From the NCBI RefSeq assembly GCF_009914755.1, contig NC_060940.1: 64,000 nt of DNA; one strand, written 5' to 3'. Positions within the stretch are counted from its first letter, which is position 1; every line of letters begins with the position of its first letter. Shown here one piece after another: positions 41,001 to 54,000 of the stretch. The notes beneath the pieces were generated by a model, which was not told the origin of the DNA, did not search any database, and saw nothing but the letters and a program-made list of their open reading frames with translations. This DNA comes from the human T2T-CHM13v2.0 reference genome, Homo sapiens. Made by a program: the position numbers and the translations under genes.

Positions 41001-44000
41001 GACACTGCGTAGTGATGTGTGTGTTTAACTCACAGAGTTTAACCTTTCTTTTCATACAGCATTCTGGAAACCCTGTGTTTGTAAAGTCTGCAACTGGATA
41101 TTTGGACCTCTTAGATGCCTTCGTTGGAAACGGGATTTCTTCATATAATGCTAGAGGGAAGAATTCTTAGTAACTTCTTTGTGTTGTGTGTATTCAACTG
41201 ACAGAGTTGAACCTTCCTTTAGACAGAGCAGATTTGAAAGTCTCTTTTTGTGGAATTTGCAAGTGGAGATTTCAAGCGCTTTGAGGCCAAAAGCAGAAAA
41301 GGAAATATTTTCCTATAAAAACTCGACAGAATCTTTCTCAGAAACTGCTCTGGGATGTGTGCGTTCAACTCACAGAGTTTAACTTTTCTTTTCATTCAGC
41401 AGTTTGGAAACACTCTGTTTGGAAAGTCTGCACGTGGATATTTTGACCTCTTTGAGGCCTTCGTTGGAAACGGGTTTTTTTCATGTAAGGCTAGACAGAA
41501 GAAATCTCAGTAACTTCCTTGTGTTGTGTGTATTCAACTGACAGAGTTGAACCTTCCTTTAGACAGAGCAGATTCGAAACACTCTTTTTCTGCAATTTGC
41601 AAGTGGAGACTTCAAGCGCTTTGAGGCCAAAGGCAGAAAAGGAAATATCTTCGTATAAAAACCCGACAGAATCATTCTCAGAAACTGCTCTGTGATGTGT
41701 GCGTTCAACTCACAGAGTTTAACTTTTCTTTTCATTCAGCAGTTTGGAAACACTCTGTTTGTAAAGTCTGCAAGTGGATATCTTGGCCTCTTAGAGGCCT
41801 TCGTTGGAAGCGGGTTTTTTCATGTAAGGTTAGACAGAGGAATTCCCACTAACTTCCTTGTGTTGTGTGCATTCAACTCACAGAGTTGAATGATTCTTTA
41901 CACAGAGCAGATTTGAGACACTCTTTTGGTGGAATTTGTAAGTGGAGAATTCAGCCGCTTTGATGTCAACGGTAGAAAAGGAAATATCTTCGTATAAAAA
42001 CTAGACAGAATGATTCTCAGAAACTGTTTTGTGATGTGTGCTTTCAACTCACAGAGTTTAACCTTTCTTTTCAAAGAGCAGTTAGGAAACACTCTGTTTG
42101 TAAAGTCTGCAAGTGGATATTCAGACCTCTTTGAGGCCTTCGTTGGAAACGGGATTTCTTCATATTATGCTAGACAGATGAATTCTCAGTAACTTCCTTG
42201 TGTTGTGTGTATTCAACTCACAGAGTTGAACGATCCTTTACACAGAGCAGATTTGAAACACTGTTTTTCTGGAATTTGCAAGTGGAGATTTCAGCCGCTT
42301 TGAGGTCAATGGTAGAAAAGGAAATATCTTCGTATAAAAACTAGACAGAATGATTCTCAGAAACTCCTTTGTGATGTGTGCGTTCAACTCACAGAGTTTA
42401 ACCTTTCTTTTCACAGAGCAGTTAGGAAACACTCTGTTTGTGAAGCCTGCCAGTGGATATTCGGACCTCTTTGAGGCCTTCGTTGGAAACGGGATTTCTT
42501 CATATTATGCTAGACAGAAGATTTCTCAGTAACTTCTTTGTGTTGTGTGTATGCAACTCACAGAGTTCAACCTTCCTTTAGACAGAGCAGATTTGAAACA
42601 CTCTTTTTGTGGAATTTGCAAGTGGAGATTTCAAGCGCTTCGATGCCAATGGTAGAAAAGGAAATATCTTCGTATAAAAACAAGACAAACTCGTTCCCAG
42701 ACACTGCGTAGTGATGTGTGTGTTTAACTCACAGAGTTTAACCTTTCTTTTCATACAGCATTCTGGAAACCCTCTGTTTGTAAAGTCTGCAAGTGGATAT
42801 TTGGACCTCTTAGATGCCTTCGTTGGAAACGGGATTTCTTCATATAATGCTAGAGGGAAGAATTCTTAGTAACTTCTTTGTGTTGTGTGTATTCAACTGA
42901 CAGAGTTGAACCTTCCTTTAGACAGAGCAGATTTGAAAGTCTCTTTTTGTGGAATTTGCAAGTGGAGATTTCAAGCGCTTTGAGGCCAAAAGCAGAAAAG
43001 GAAATATTTTCCTATAAAAACTCGACAGAATCTTTCTCAGAAACTGCTCTGGGATGTGTGCGTTCAACTCACAGAGTTTAACTTTTCTTTTCATTCAGCA
43101 GTTTGGAAACACTCTGTTTGGAAAGTCTGCACGTGGATATTTTGACCTCTTTGAGGCCTTCGTTGGAAACGGGTTTTTTTCATGTAAGGCTAGACAGAAG
43201 AAATCTCAGTAACTTCCTTGTGTTGTGTGTATTCAACTGACAGAGTTGAACCTTCCTTTAGACAGAGCAGATTCGAAACACTCTTTTTCTGCAATTTGCA
43301 AGTGGAGACTTCAAGCGCTTTGAGGCCAAAGGCAGAAAAGGAAATATCTTCGTATAAAAACCCGACAGAATCATTCTCAGAAACTGCTCTGTGATGTGTG
43401 CGTTCAACTCACAGAGTTTAACTTTTCTTTTCATTCAGCAGTTTGGAAACACTCTGTTTGTAAAGTCTGCAAGTGGATATCTTGGCCTCTTAGAGGCCTT
43501 CGTTGGAAGCGGGTTTTTTCATGTAAGGATAGACAGAGGAATTCCCAGTAACTTCCTTGTGTTGTATGCATTCAACTCACAGAGTTGAATGATTCTTTAC
43601 ACAGAGCAGATTTGAGACACTCTTTTGGTGGAATTTGTAAGTGGAGAATTCAGCCGCTTTGAGGTCAACGGTAGAAAAGGAAATATCTTCGTATAAAAAC
43701 TAGAAAGAATGATTCTCAGAAACTGTTTTGTGATGTGTGCTTTCAACTCACAGAGTTTAACCTTTCTTTTCAAAGAGCAGTTAGGAAACACTCTGTTTGT
43801 AAAGTCTGCAAGTGGATATTCAGACCTCTTTGAGGCCTTCGTTGGAAACGGGATTTCTTCATATTATGCTAGACAGATGAATTCTCAGTAACTTCCTTGT
43901 GTTGTGTGTATTCAACTCACAGAGTTGAACGATCCTTTACACAGAGCAGATTTGAAACACTGTTTTTCTGGAATTTGCAAGTGGAGATTTCAGCCGCTTT

Positions 44001-45089
44001 GAGGTCAATGGTAGAAAAGGAAATATCTTCGTATAAAAACTAGACAGAATGATTCTCAGAAACTCCTTTGTGATGTGTGCGTTCAACTCACAGAGTTTAA
44101 CCTTTCTTTTCACAGAGCAGTTAGGAAACACTCTGTTTGTGAAGCCTGCCAGTGGATATTCGGACCTCTTTGAGGCCTTCGTTGGAAACGGGATTTCTTC
44201 ATATTATGCTAGACAGAAGATTTCTCAGTAACTACTTTGTGTTGTGTGTATGCAACTCACAGAGTTCAACCTTCCTTTAGACAGAGCAGATTTGAAACAC
44301 TCTTTTTGTGGAATTTGCAAGTGGAGATTTCAAGCGCTTCGATGCCAATGGTAGAAAAGGAAATATCTTCGTATAAAAACAAGACAAACTCGTTCCCAGA
44401 CACTGCGTAGTGATGTGTGTGTTTAACTCACAGAGTTTCACCTTTCTTTTCATACAGCATTCTGGAAACCCTGTGTTTGTAAAGTCTGCAAGTGGATATT
44501 TGGACCTCTTAGATGCCTTCGTTGGAAACGGGATTTCTTCATATAATGCTAGAGGGAAGAATTCTTAGTAACTTCTTTGTGTTGTGTGTATTCAACTGAC
44601 AGAGTTGAACCTTCCTTTAGACAGAGCAGATTTGAAAGTCTCTTTTTGTGGAATTTGCAAGTGGAGATTTCAAGCGCTTTGAGGCCAAAAGCAGAAAAGG
44701 AAATATTTTCCTATAAAAACTCGACAGAATCTTTCTCAGAAACTGCTCTGGGATGTGTGCGTTCAACTCACAGAGTTTAACTTTTCTTTCCATTCAGCAG
44801 TTTGGAAACACTCTGTTTGGAAAGTCTGCACGTGGATATTTTGACCTCTTTGAGGCCTTCGTTGGAAACGGGTTTTTTTCTTGTAAGGCTAGACAGAAGA
44901 AATCTCAGTAACTTCCTTGTGTTGTGTGTATTCAACTGACAGAGTTGAACCTTCCTTTAGACAGAGCAGATTCGAAACACTCTTTTTCTGCAATTTGCAA
45001 GTGGAGACTTCAAGCGCTTTGAGGCCAAAGGCAGAAAAGGAAATATCTTCGTATAAAAACCCGACAGAATCATTCTCAGAAACTGCTCT
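23015..45089 (+). repeat. Central domain of 13 consecutive 10-mer HORs
   Basis: Ten intervals of 1,699 bp and three of 1,695 bp (starting 33209, 34904, 38298); no 6-mers. Confidence 0.95.
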
Positions 45090-48000
45090 GTGATGTGTGC
45101 GTTCAACTCACAGAGTTTAACTTTTCTTTTCATTCAGCAGTTTGGAAACACTCTGTTTGTAAAGTCTGCAAGTGGATATCTTGGCCTCTTAGAGGCCTTC
45201 GTTGGAAACGGGTTTTTTCATGTAAGGTTAGACAGAGGAATTCCCAGTAACTTCCTTGTGTTGTGTGCATTCAACTCACAGAGTTGAATGATTCTTTACA
45301 CAGAGCAGATTTGAGACACTCTTTGGGTGGAATTTGTAAGTGGAGAATTCAGCCGCTTTGAGGTCAACGGTAGAAAAGGAAATACCTTCGTATAAAAACT
45401 AGACAGAATGATTCTCAGAAACTGTTTTGTGATGTGTGCGTTCAACTCACAGAGTTTAACCTTTCTTTTCAAAGAGCAGTTAGGAAACACTCTGTAAAGT
45501 CTGCAAGTGGATATTCAGACCTCTTTGAGGCCTTCGTTGGAAACGGGATTTCTTCATATAATGCTAGAGGGAAGAATTCTTAGTAACTTCTTTGTGTTGT
45601 GTGTATTCAACTGACAGAGTTGAACCTTCCTTTAGACAGAGCAGATTTGAAAGTCTCTTTTTGTGGAATTTGCAAGTGGAGATTTCAAGCGCTTTGAGGC
45701 CAAAAGCAGAAAAGGAAATATTTTCCTATAAAAACTAGAGAGAATCATTCTCAGAAACTGCTCTGTGATGTGTGTGTTCAACTCACAGAGTTTAACTTTC
45801 TTTTCATTCAGCAGTTTGGAAACACTCTGTTTGGAAAGTCTGCACGTGGATATTTTGACCTCTTTGAGGCCTTCGTTGGAAACGGGTTTTTTTCATGTAA
45901 GGCTAGACAGAAGAAATCTCAGTAACTTCCTTGTGTTGTGTGTATTTAACTGACAGAGTTGAACCTTCCTTTAGACAGAGCAGATTCGAAACGCTCTTTT
46001 TCTGCAATTTGCAAGTGGAGACTTCAAGCGCTTTGAGGCCAAGGCAGAAAAGGAAATATCTTCGTATAAAAACCCGACAGAATCATTCTCAGAAACTGCT
46101 CTGTGATGTGTGCGTTCAACTCACAGAGTTTAACTTTTCTTTTCATTCAGCAGTTTGGAAACACTCTGTTTGTAAAGTCTGCAAGTGGATATCTTGGCCT
46201 CTTAGAGGCCTTCGTTGGAAACGCGTTTTTTCATGTAAGGTTAGACAGAGGAATTCCCAGTAACTTCCTTGTGTTGTGTGCATTCAACTCACAGAGTTGA
46301 ATGATTCTTTACACAGAGCAGATTTGAGACACACTTTTGGTGGAATTTGTAAGTGGAGAATTCAGCCGCTTTGAGGTCAACGGTAGAAAAGGAAATATCT
46401 TCGTATAAAAACTAGAAAGAATGATTCTCAGAAACTGTTTTGTGATGTGTGCGTTCAACTCACAGAGTTTAACCTTTCTTTTCAAAGAGCAGTTAGGAAA
46501 CACTCTGTTTGTAAAGTCTGCAAGTGGATATTCAGACCTCTTTGAAGCCTTCGTTGGAAACGGGATTTCATCATATTATGCTAGACAGATGAATTCTCAG
46601 TAACTTCCTTGTGTTGTGTGTATTCAACTCACAGAGTTGAACGATCCTTTACACAGAGCAGATTTGAAACACTTTTTCTGGAATTTGCAAGTGGAGATTT
46701 CAGCCGCTTTGAGGTCAATGGTAGAAAAGGAAATATCTTCGTATAAAAACTGGACAGAATGATTCTCAGAAACTCCTTTGTGATGTGTGCGTTCAACTCA
46801 CAGAGTTTAACCTTTCTTTTCACAGAGCAGTTAGGAAACACTCTGTTTGTGAAGCCTGCCAGTGGATATTCGGACCTCTTTGAGGCCTTCGTTGGAAACG
46901 GGATTTCTTCATATTTTGCTAGACAGAAGATTTCTCAGTAACTTCTTTGTGTTGTGTGTATGCAACTCACAGAGTTCAACCTTCCTTTAGACAGAGCAGA
47001 TTTGAAACACTCTTTTTGTGGAATTTGCAAGTGGAAATTTCAAGCGCATCGATGCCAATGGTAGAAAAGGAAATATCTTCGTATGAAAACAAGACAAACT
47101 CGTTCCCAGACACTGCGTAGTGATGTGTGTGTTTAACTCACAGAGTTTAACCTTTCTTTTCATACAGCATTCTGGAAACCCTCTGTTTGTAAAGTCTGCA
47201 AGTGGATATTTGGACCTCTTAGATGCCTTCGTTGGAAACGGGATTTCTTCATATAATGCTAGAGGGAAGAATTCTTAGTAACTTCTTTGTGTTGTGTGTA
47301 TTCAACTGACAGAGTTGAACCTTCCTTTAGACAGAGCAGATTTGAAAGTCTCTTTTTGTGGAATTTGCAAGTGGAGATTTCAAGCGCTTTGAGGCCAAAA
47401 GCAGAAAAGGAAATATTTTCCTATAAAAACTCGACAGAATCTTTCTCAGAAACTGCTCTGGGATGTGTGCGTTCAACTCACAGAGTTTAACTTTTCTTTT
47501 CATTCAGCAGTTTGGAAACACTCTGTTTGGAAAGTCTGCACGTGGATATTTTGACCTCTTTGAGGCCTTCGTTGGAAACGGGTTTTTTTCATGTAAGGCT
47601 AGACAGAAGAAATCTCAGTAACTTCCTTGTGTTGTGTGTATTCAACTGACAGAGTTGAACCTTCCTTTAGACAGAGCAGATTCGAAACACTCTTTTTCTG
47701 CAATTTGCAAGTGGAGACTTCAAGCGCTTTGAGGCCAAAGGCAGAAAAGGAAATATCTTCGTATAAAAACCCGACAGAATCATTCTCAGAAACTGCTCTG
47801 TGATGTGTGCGTTCAACTCACAGAGTTTAACTTTTCTTTTCATTCAGCAGTTTGGAAACACTCTGTTTGTAAAGTCTGCAAGTGGATATCTTGGCCTCTT
47901 AGAGGCCTTCGTTGGAAGCGGGTTTTTTCATGTAAGGATAGACAGAGGAATTCCCAGTAACTTCCTTGTGTTGTATGCATTCAACTCACAGAGTTGAATG

Positions 48001-51000
48001 ATTCTTTACACAGAGCAGATTTGAGACACTCTTTTGGTGGAATTTGTAAGTGGAGAATTCAGCCGCTTTGAGGTCAACGGTAGAAAAGGAAATATCTTCG
48101 TATAAAAACTAGAAAGAATGATTCTCAGAAACTGTTTTGTGATGTGTGCTTTCAACTCACAGAGTTTAACCTTTCTTTTCAAAGAGCAGTTAGGAAACAC
48201 TCTGTTTGTAAAGTCTGCAAGTGGATATTCAGACCTCTTTGAGGCCTTCGTTGGAAACGGGATTTCTTCATATTATGCTAGACAGATGAATTCTCAGTAA
48301 CTTCCTTGTGTTGTGTGTATTCAACTCACAGAGTTAAACGATCCTTTACACAGAGCAGATTTGAAACACTGTTTTTCTGGAATTTGCAAGTGGAGATTTC
48401 AGCCGCTTTGAGGTCAATGGTAGAAAAGGAAATATCTTCGTATAAAAACTGGACAGAATGATTCTCAGAAACTCCTTTGTGATGTGTGCGTTCAACTCAC
48501 AGAGTTTAACCTTTCTTTTCACAGAGCAGTTAGGAAACACTCTGTGAAGCCTGCCAGTGGATATTCGGACCTCTTTGAGGCCTTCGTTGGAAACGGGATT
48601 TCTTCATATTATGCTAGACAGAAGATTTCTCAGTAACTTCTTTGGGTTGTGTGTATGCAACTCACAGAGTTCAACCTTCCTTTAGACAGAGCAGATTTGA
48701 AACACTCTTTTTGTGGAATTTGCAAGTGGAGATTTCAAGCGCTTCGATGCCAATGGTAGAAAAGGAAATATCTTCGTATAAAAACAAGACAAACTCGTTC
48801 CCAGACACTGCGTAGTGATGTGTGTGTTTAACTCACAGAGTTTCACCTTTCTTTTCATACAGCATTCTGGAAACCCTGTGTTTGTAAAGTCTGCAAGTGG
48901 ATATTTGGACCTCTTAGATGCCTTCGTTGGAAACGGGATTTCTTCATATAATGCTAGAGGGAAGAATTCTTAGTAACTTCTTTGTGTTGTGTGTATTCAA
49001 CTGACAGAGTTGAACCTTCCTTTAGACAGAGCAGATTTGAAAGTCTCTTTTTGTGGAATTTGCAAGTGGAGATTTCAAGCGCTTTGAGGCCAAAAGCAGA
49101 AAAGGAAATATTTTCCTATAAAAACTCGACAGAATCTTTCTCAGAAACTGCTCTGGGATGTGTGCGTTCAACTCACAGAGTTTAACTTTTCTTTCCATTC
49201 AGCAGTTTGGAAACACTCTGTTTGGAAAGTCTGCACGTGGATATTTTGACCTCTTTGAGGCCTTCGTTGGAAACGGGTTTTTTTCTTGTAAGGCTAGACA
49301 GAAGAAATCTCAGTAACTTCCTTGTGTTGTGTGTATTCAACTGACAGAGTTGAACCTTCCTTTAGACAGAGCAGATTCGAAACACTCTTTTTCTGCAATT
49401 TGCAAGTGGAGACTTCAAGCGCTTTGAGGCCAAAGGCAGAAAAGGAAATATCTTCGTATAAAAACCCGACAGAATCATTCTCAGAAACTGCTCTGTGATG
49501 TGTGCGTTCAACTCACAGAGTTTAACTTTTCTTTTCATTCAGCAGTTTGGAAACACTCTGTTTGTAAAGTCTGCAAGTGGATATCTTGGCCTCTTAGAGG
49601 CCTTCGTTGGAAACGGGTTTTTTCATGTAAGGTTAGACAGAGGAATTCCCAGTAACTTCCTTGTGTTGTGTGCATTCAACTCACAGAGTTGAATGATTCT
49701 TTACACAGAGCAGATTTGAGACACTCTTTGGGTGGAATTTGTAAGTGGAGAATTCAGCCGCTTTGAGGTCAACGGTAGAAAAGGAAATACCTTCGTATAA
49801 AAACTAGACAGAATGATTCTCAGAAACTGTTTTGTGATGTGTGCGTTCAACTCACAGAGTTTAACCTTTCTTTTCAAAGAGCAGTTAGGAAACACTCTGT
49901 AAAGTCTGCAAGTGGATATTCAGACCTCTTTGAGGCCTTCGTTGGAAACGGGATTTCTTCATATAATGCTAGAGGGAAGAATTCTTAGTAACTTCTTTGT
50001 GTTGTGTGTATTCAACTGACAGAGTTGAACCTTCCTTTAGACAGAGCAGATTTGAAAGTCTCTTTTTGTGGAATTTGCAAGTGGAGATTTCAAGCGCTTT
50101 GAGGCCAAAAGCAGAAAAGGAAATATTTTCCTATAAAAACTAGAGAGAATCATTCTCAGAAACTGCTCTGTGATGTGTGTGTTCAACTCACAGAGTTTAA
50201 CTTTCTTTTCATTCAGCAGTTTGGAAACACTCTGTTTGGAAAGTCTGCACGTGGATATTTTGACCTCTTTGAGGCCTTCGTTGGAAACGGGTTTTTTTCA
50301 TGTAAGGCTAGACAGAAGAAATCTCAGTAACTTCCTTGTGTTGTGTGTATTTAACTGACAGAGTTGAACCTTCCTTTAGACAGAGCAGATTCGAAACGCT
50401 CTTTTTCTGCAATTTGCAAGTGGAGACTTCAAGCGCTTTGAGGCCAAGGCAGAAAAGGAAATATCTTCGTATAAAAACCCGACAGAATCATTCTCAGAAA
50501 CTGCTCTGTGATGGGTGCGTTCAACTCACAGAGTTTAACTTTTCTTTTCATTCAGCAGTTTGGAAACACTCTGTTTGTAAAGTCTGCAAGTGGATATCTT
50601 GGCCTCTTAGAGGCCTTCGTTGGAAACGCGTTTTTTCATGTAAGGTTAGACAGAGGAATTCCCAGTAACTTCCTTGTGTTGTGTGCATTCAACTCACAGA
50701 GTTGAATGATTCTTTACACAGAGCAGATTTGAGACACACTTTTGGTGGAATTTGTAAGTGGAGAATTCAGCCGCTTTGAGGTCAACGGTAGAAAAGGAAA
50801 TATCTTCGTATAAAAACTAGAAAGAATGATTCTCAGAAACTGTTTTGTGATGTGTGCGTTCAACTCACAGAGTTTAACCTTTCTTTTCAAAGAGCAGTTA
50901 GGAAACACTCTGTTTGTAAAGTCTGCAAGTGGATATTCAGACCTCTTTGAAGCCTTCGTTGGAAACGGGATTTCATCATATTATGCTAGACAGATGAATT

Positions 51001-54000
51001 CTCAGTAACTTCCTTGTGTTGTGTGTATTCAACTCACAGAGTTGAACGATCCTTTACACAGAGCAGATTTGAAACACTTTTTCTGGAATTTGCAAGTGGA
51101 GATTTCAGCCGCTTTGAGGTCAATGGTAGAAAAGGAAATATCTTCGTATAAAAACTGGACAGAATGATTCTCAGAAACTCCTTTGTGATGTGTGCGTTCA
51201 ACTCACAGAGTTTAACCTTTCTTTTCACAGAGCAGTTAGGAAACACTCTGTTTGTGAAGCCTGCCAGTGGATATTCGGACCTCTTTGAGGCCTTCGTTGG
51301 AAACGGGATTTCTTCATATTTTGCTAGACAGAAGATTTCTCAGTAACTTCTTTGTGTTGTGTGTATGCAACTCACAGAGTTCAACCTTCCTTTAGACAGA
51401 GCAGATTTGAAACACTCTTTTTGTGGAATTTGCAAGTGGAAATTTCAAGCGCATCGATGCCAATGGTAGAAAAGGAAATATCTTCGTATAAAAACAAGAC
51501 AAACTCGTTCCCAGACACTGCGTAGTGATGTGTGTGTTTAACTCACAGAGTTTCACCTTTCTTTTCATACAGCATTCTGGAAACCCTCTGTTTGTAAAGT
51601 CTGCAAGTGGATATTTGGACCTCTTAGATGCCTTCGTTGGAAACGGGATTTCCTCATATAATGCTAGAGGGAAGAATTCTTAGTAACTTCTTTGTGTTGT
51701 GTGTATTCAACTGACAGAGTTGAACCTTCCTTTAGACAGAGCAGATTTGAAAGTCTCTTTTTGTGGAATTTGCAAGTGGAGATTTCAAGCGCTTTGAGGC
51801 CAAAAGCAGAAAAGGAAATATTTTCCTATAAAAACTCGACAGAATCTTTCTCAGAAACTGCTCTGGGATGTGTGCGTTCAACTCACAGAGTTTAACTTTT
51901 CTTTTCATTCAGCAGTTTGGAAACACTCTGTTTGGAAAGTCTGCACGTGGATATTTTGACCTCTTTGAGGCCTTCTTTGGAAACGGGTGTTTTTCATGTA
52001 AGGCTAGACAGAAGAAATCTCAGTAACTTCCTTGTGTTGTGTGTATTCAACTGACAGAGTTGAACCTTCCTTTAGACAGAGCAGATTCGAAACACTCTTT
52101 TTCTGCAATTTGCAAGTGGAGACTTCAAGCGCTTTGAGGCCAAAGGCAGAAAAGGAAATATCTTCGTATAAAAACCCGACAGAATCATTCTCAGAAACTG
52201 CTCTGTGATGTGTGCGTTCAACTCACAGAGTTTAACTTTTCTTTTCATTCAGCAGTTTGGAAACACTCTGTTTGTAAAGTCTGCAAGTGGATATCTTGGC
52301 CTCTTAGAGGCCTTCGTTGGAAACGGGTTTTTTCATGTAAGGTTAGACAGAGGAATTCCCAGTAACTTCCTTGTGTTGTGTGCATTCAACTCACAGAGTT
52401 GAATGATTCTTTACACAGAGCAGATTTGAGACACTCTTTGGGTGGAATTTGTAAGTGGAGAATTCAGCCGCTTTGAGGTCAACGGTAGAAAAGGAAATAC
52501 CTTCGTATAAAAACTAGACAGAATGATTCTCAGAAACTGTTTTGTGATGTGTGCGTTCAACTCACAGAGTTTAACCTTTCTTTTCAAAGAGCAGTTAGGA
52601 AACACTCTGTAAAGTCTGCAAGTGGATATTCAGACCTCTTTGAGGCCTTCGTTGGAAACGGGATTTCTTCATATAATGCTAGAGGGAAGAATTCTTAGTA
52701 ACTTCTTTGTGTTGTGTGTATTCAACTGACAGAGTTGAACCTTCCTTTAGACAGAGCAGATTTGAAAGTCTCTTTTTGTGGAATTTGCAAGTGGAGATTT
52801 CAAGCGCTTTGAGGCCAAAAGCAGAAAAGGAAATATTTTCCTATAAAAACTAGAGAGAATCATTCTCAGAAACTGCTCTGTGATGTGTGTGTTCAACTCA
52901 CAGAGTTTAACTTTCTTTTCATTCAGCAGTTTGGAAACACTCTGTTTGGAAAGTCTGCACGTGGATATTTTGACCTCTTTGAGGCCTTCGTTGGAAACGG
53001 GTTTTTTTCATGTAAGGCTAGACAGAAGAAATCTCAGTAACTTCCTTGTGTTGTGTGTATTTAACTGACAGAGTTGAACCTTCCTTTAGACAGAGCAGAT
53101 TCGAAACGCTCTTTTTCTGCAATTTGCAAGTGGAGACTTCAAGCGCTTTGAGGCCAAGGCAGAAAAGGAAATATCTTCGTATAAAAACCCGACAGAATCA
53201 TTCTCAGAAACTGCTCTGTGATGTGTGCGTTCAACTCACAGAGTTTAACTTTTCTTTTCATTCAGCAGTTTGGAAACACTCTGTTTGTAAAGTCTGCAAG
53301 TGGATATCTTGGCCTCTTAGAGGCCTTCGTTGGAAACGCGTTTTTTCATGTAAGGTTAGACAGAGGAATTCCCAGTAACTTCCTTGTGTTGTGTGCATTC
53401 AACTCACAGAGTTGAATGATTCTTTACACAGAGCAGATTTGAGACACACTTTTGGTGGAATTTGTAAGTGGAGAATTCAGCCGCTTTGAGGTCAACGGTA
53501 GAAAAGGAAATATCTTCGTATAAAAACTAGAAAGAATGATTCTCAGAAACTGTTTTGTGATGTGTGCGTTCAACTCACAGAGTTTAACCTTTCTTTTCAA
53601 AGAGCAGTTAGGAAACACTCTGTTTGTAAAGTCTGCAAGTGGATATTCAGACCTCTTTGAAGCCTTCGTTGGAAACGGGATTTCATCATATTATGCTAGA
53701 CAGATGAATTCTCAGTAACTTCCTTGTGTTGTGTGTATTCAACTCACAGAGTTGAACGATCCTTTACACAGAGCAGATTTGAAACACTTTTTCTGGAATT
53801 TGCAAGTGGAGATTTCAGCCGCTTTGAGGTCAATGGTAGAAAAGGAAATATCTTCGTATAAAAACTGGACAGAATGATTCTCAGAAACTCCTTTGTGATG
53901 TGTGCGTTCAACTCACAGAGTTTAACCTTTCTTTTCACAGAGCAGTTAGGAAACACTCTGTTTGTGAAGCCTGCCAGTGGATATTCGGACCTCTTTGAGG

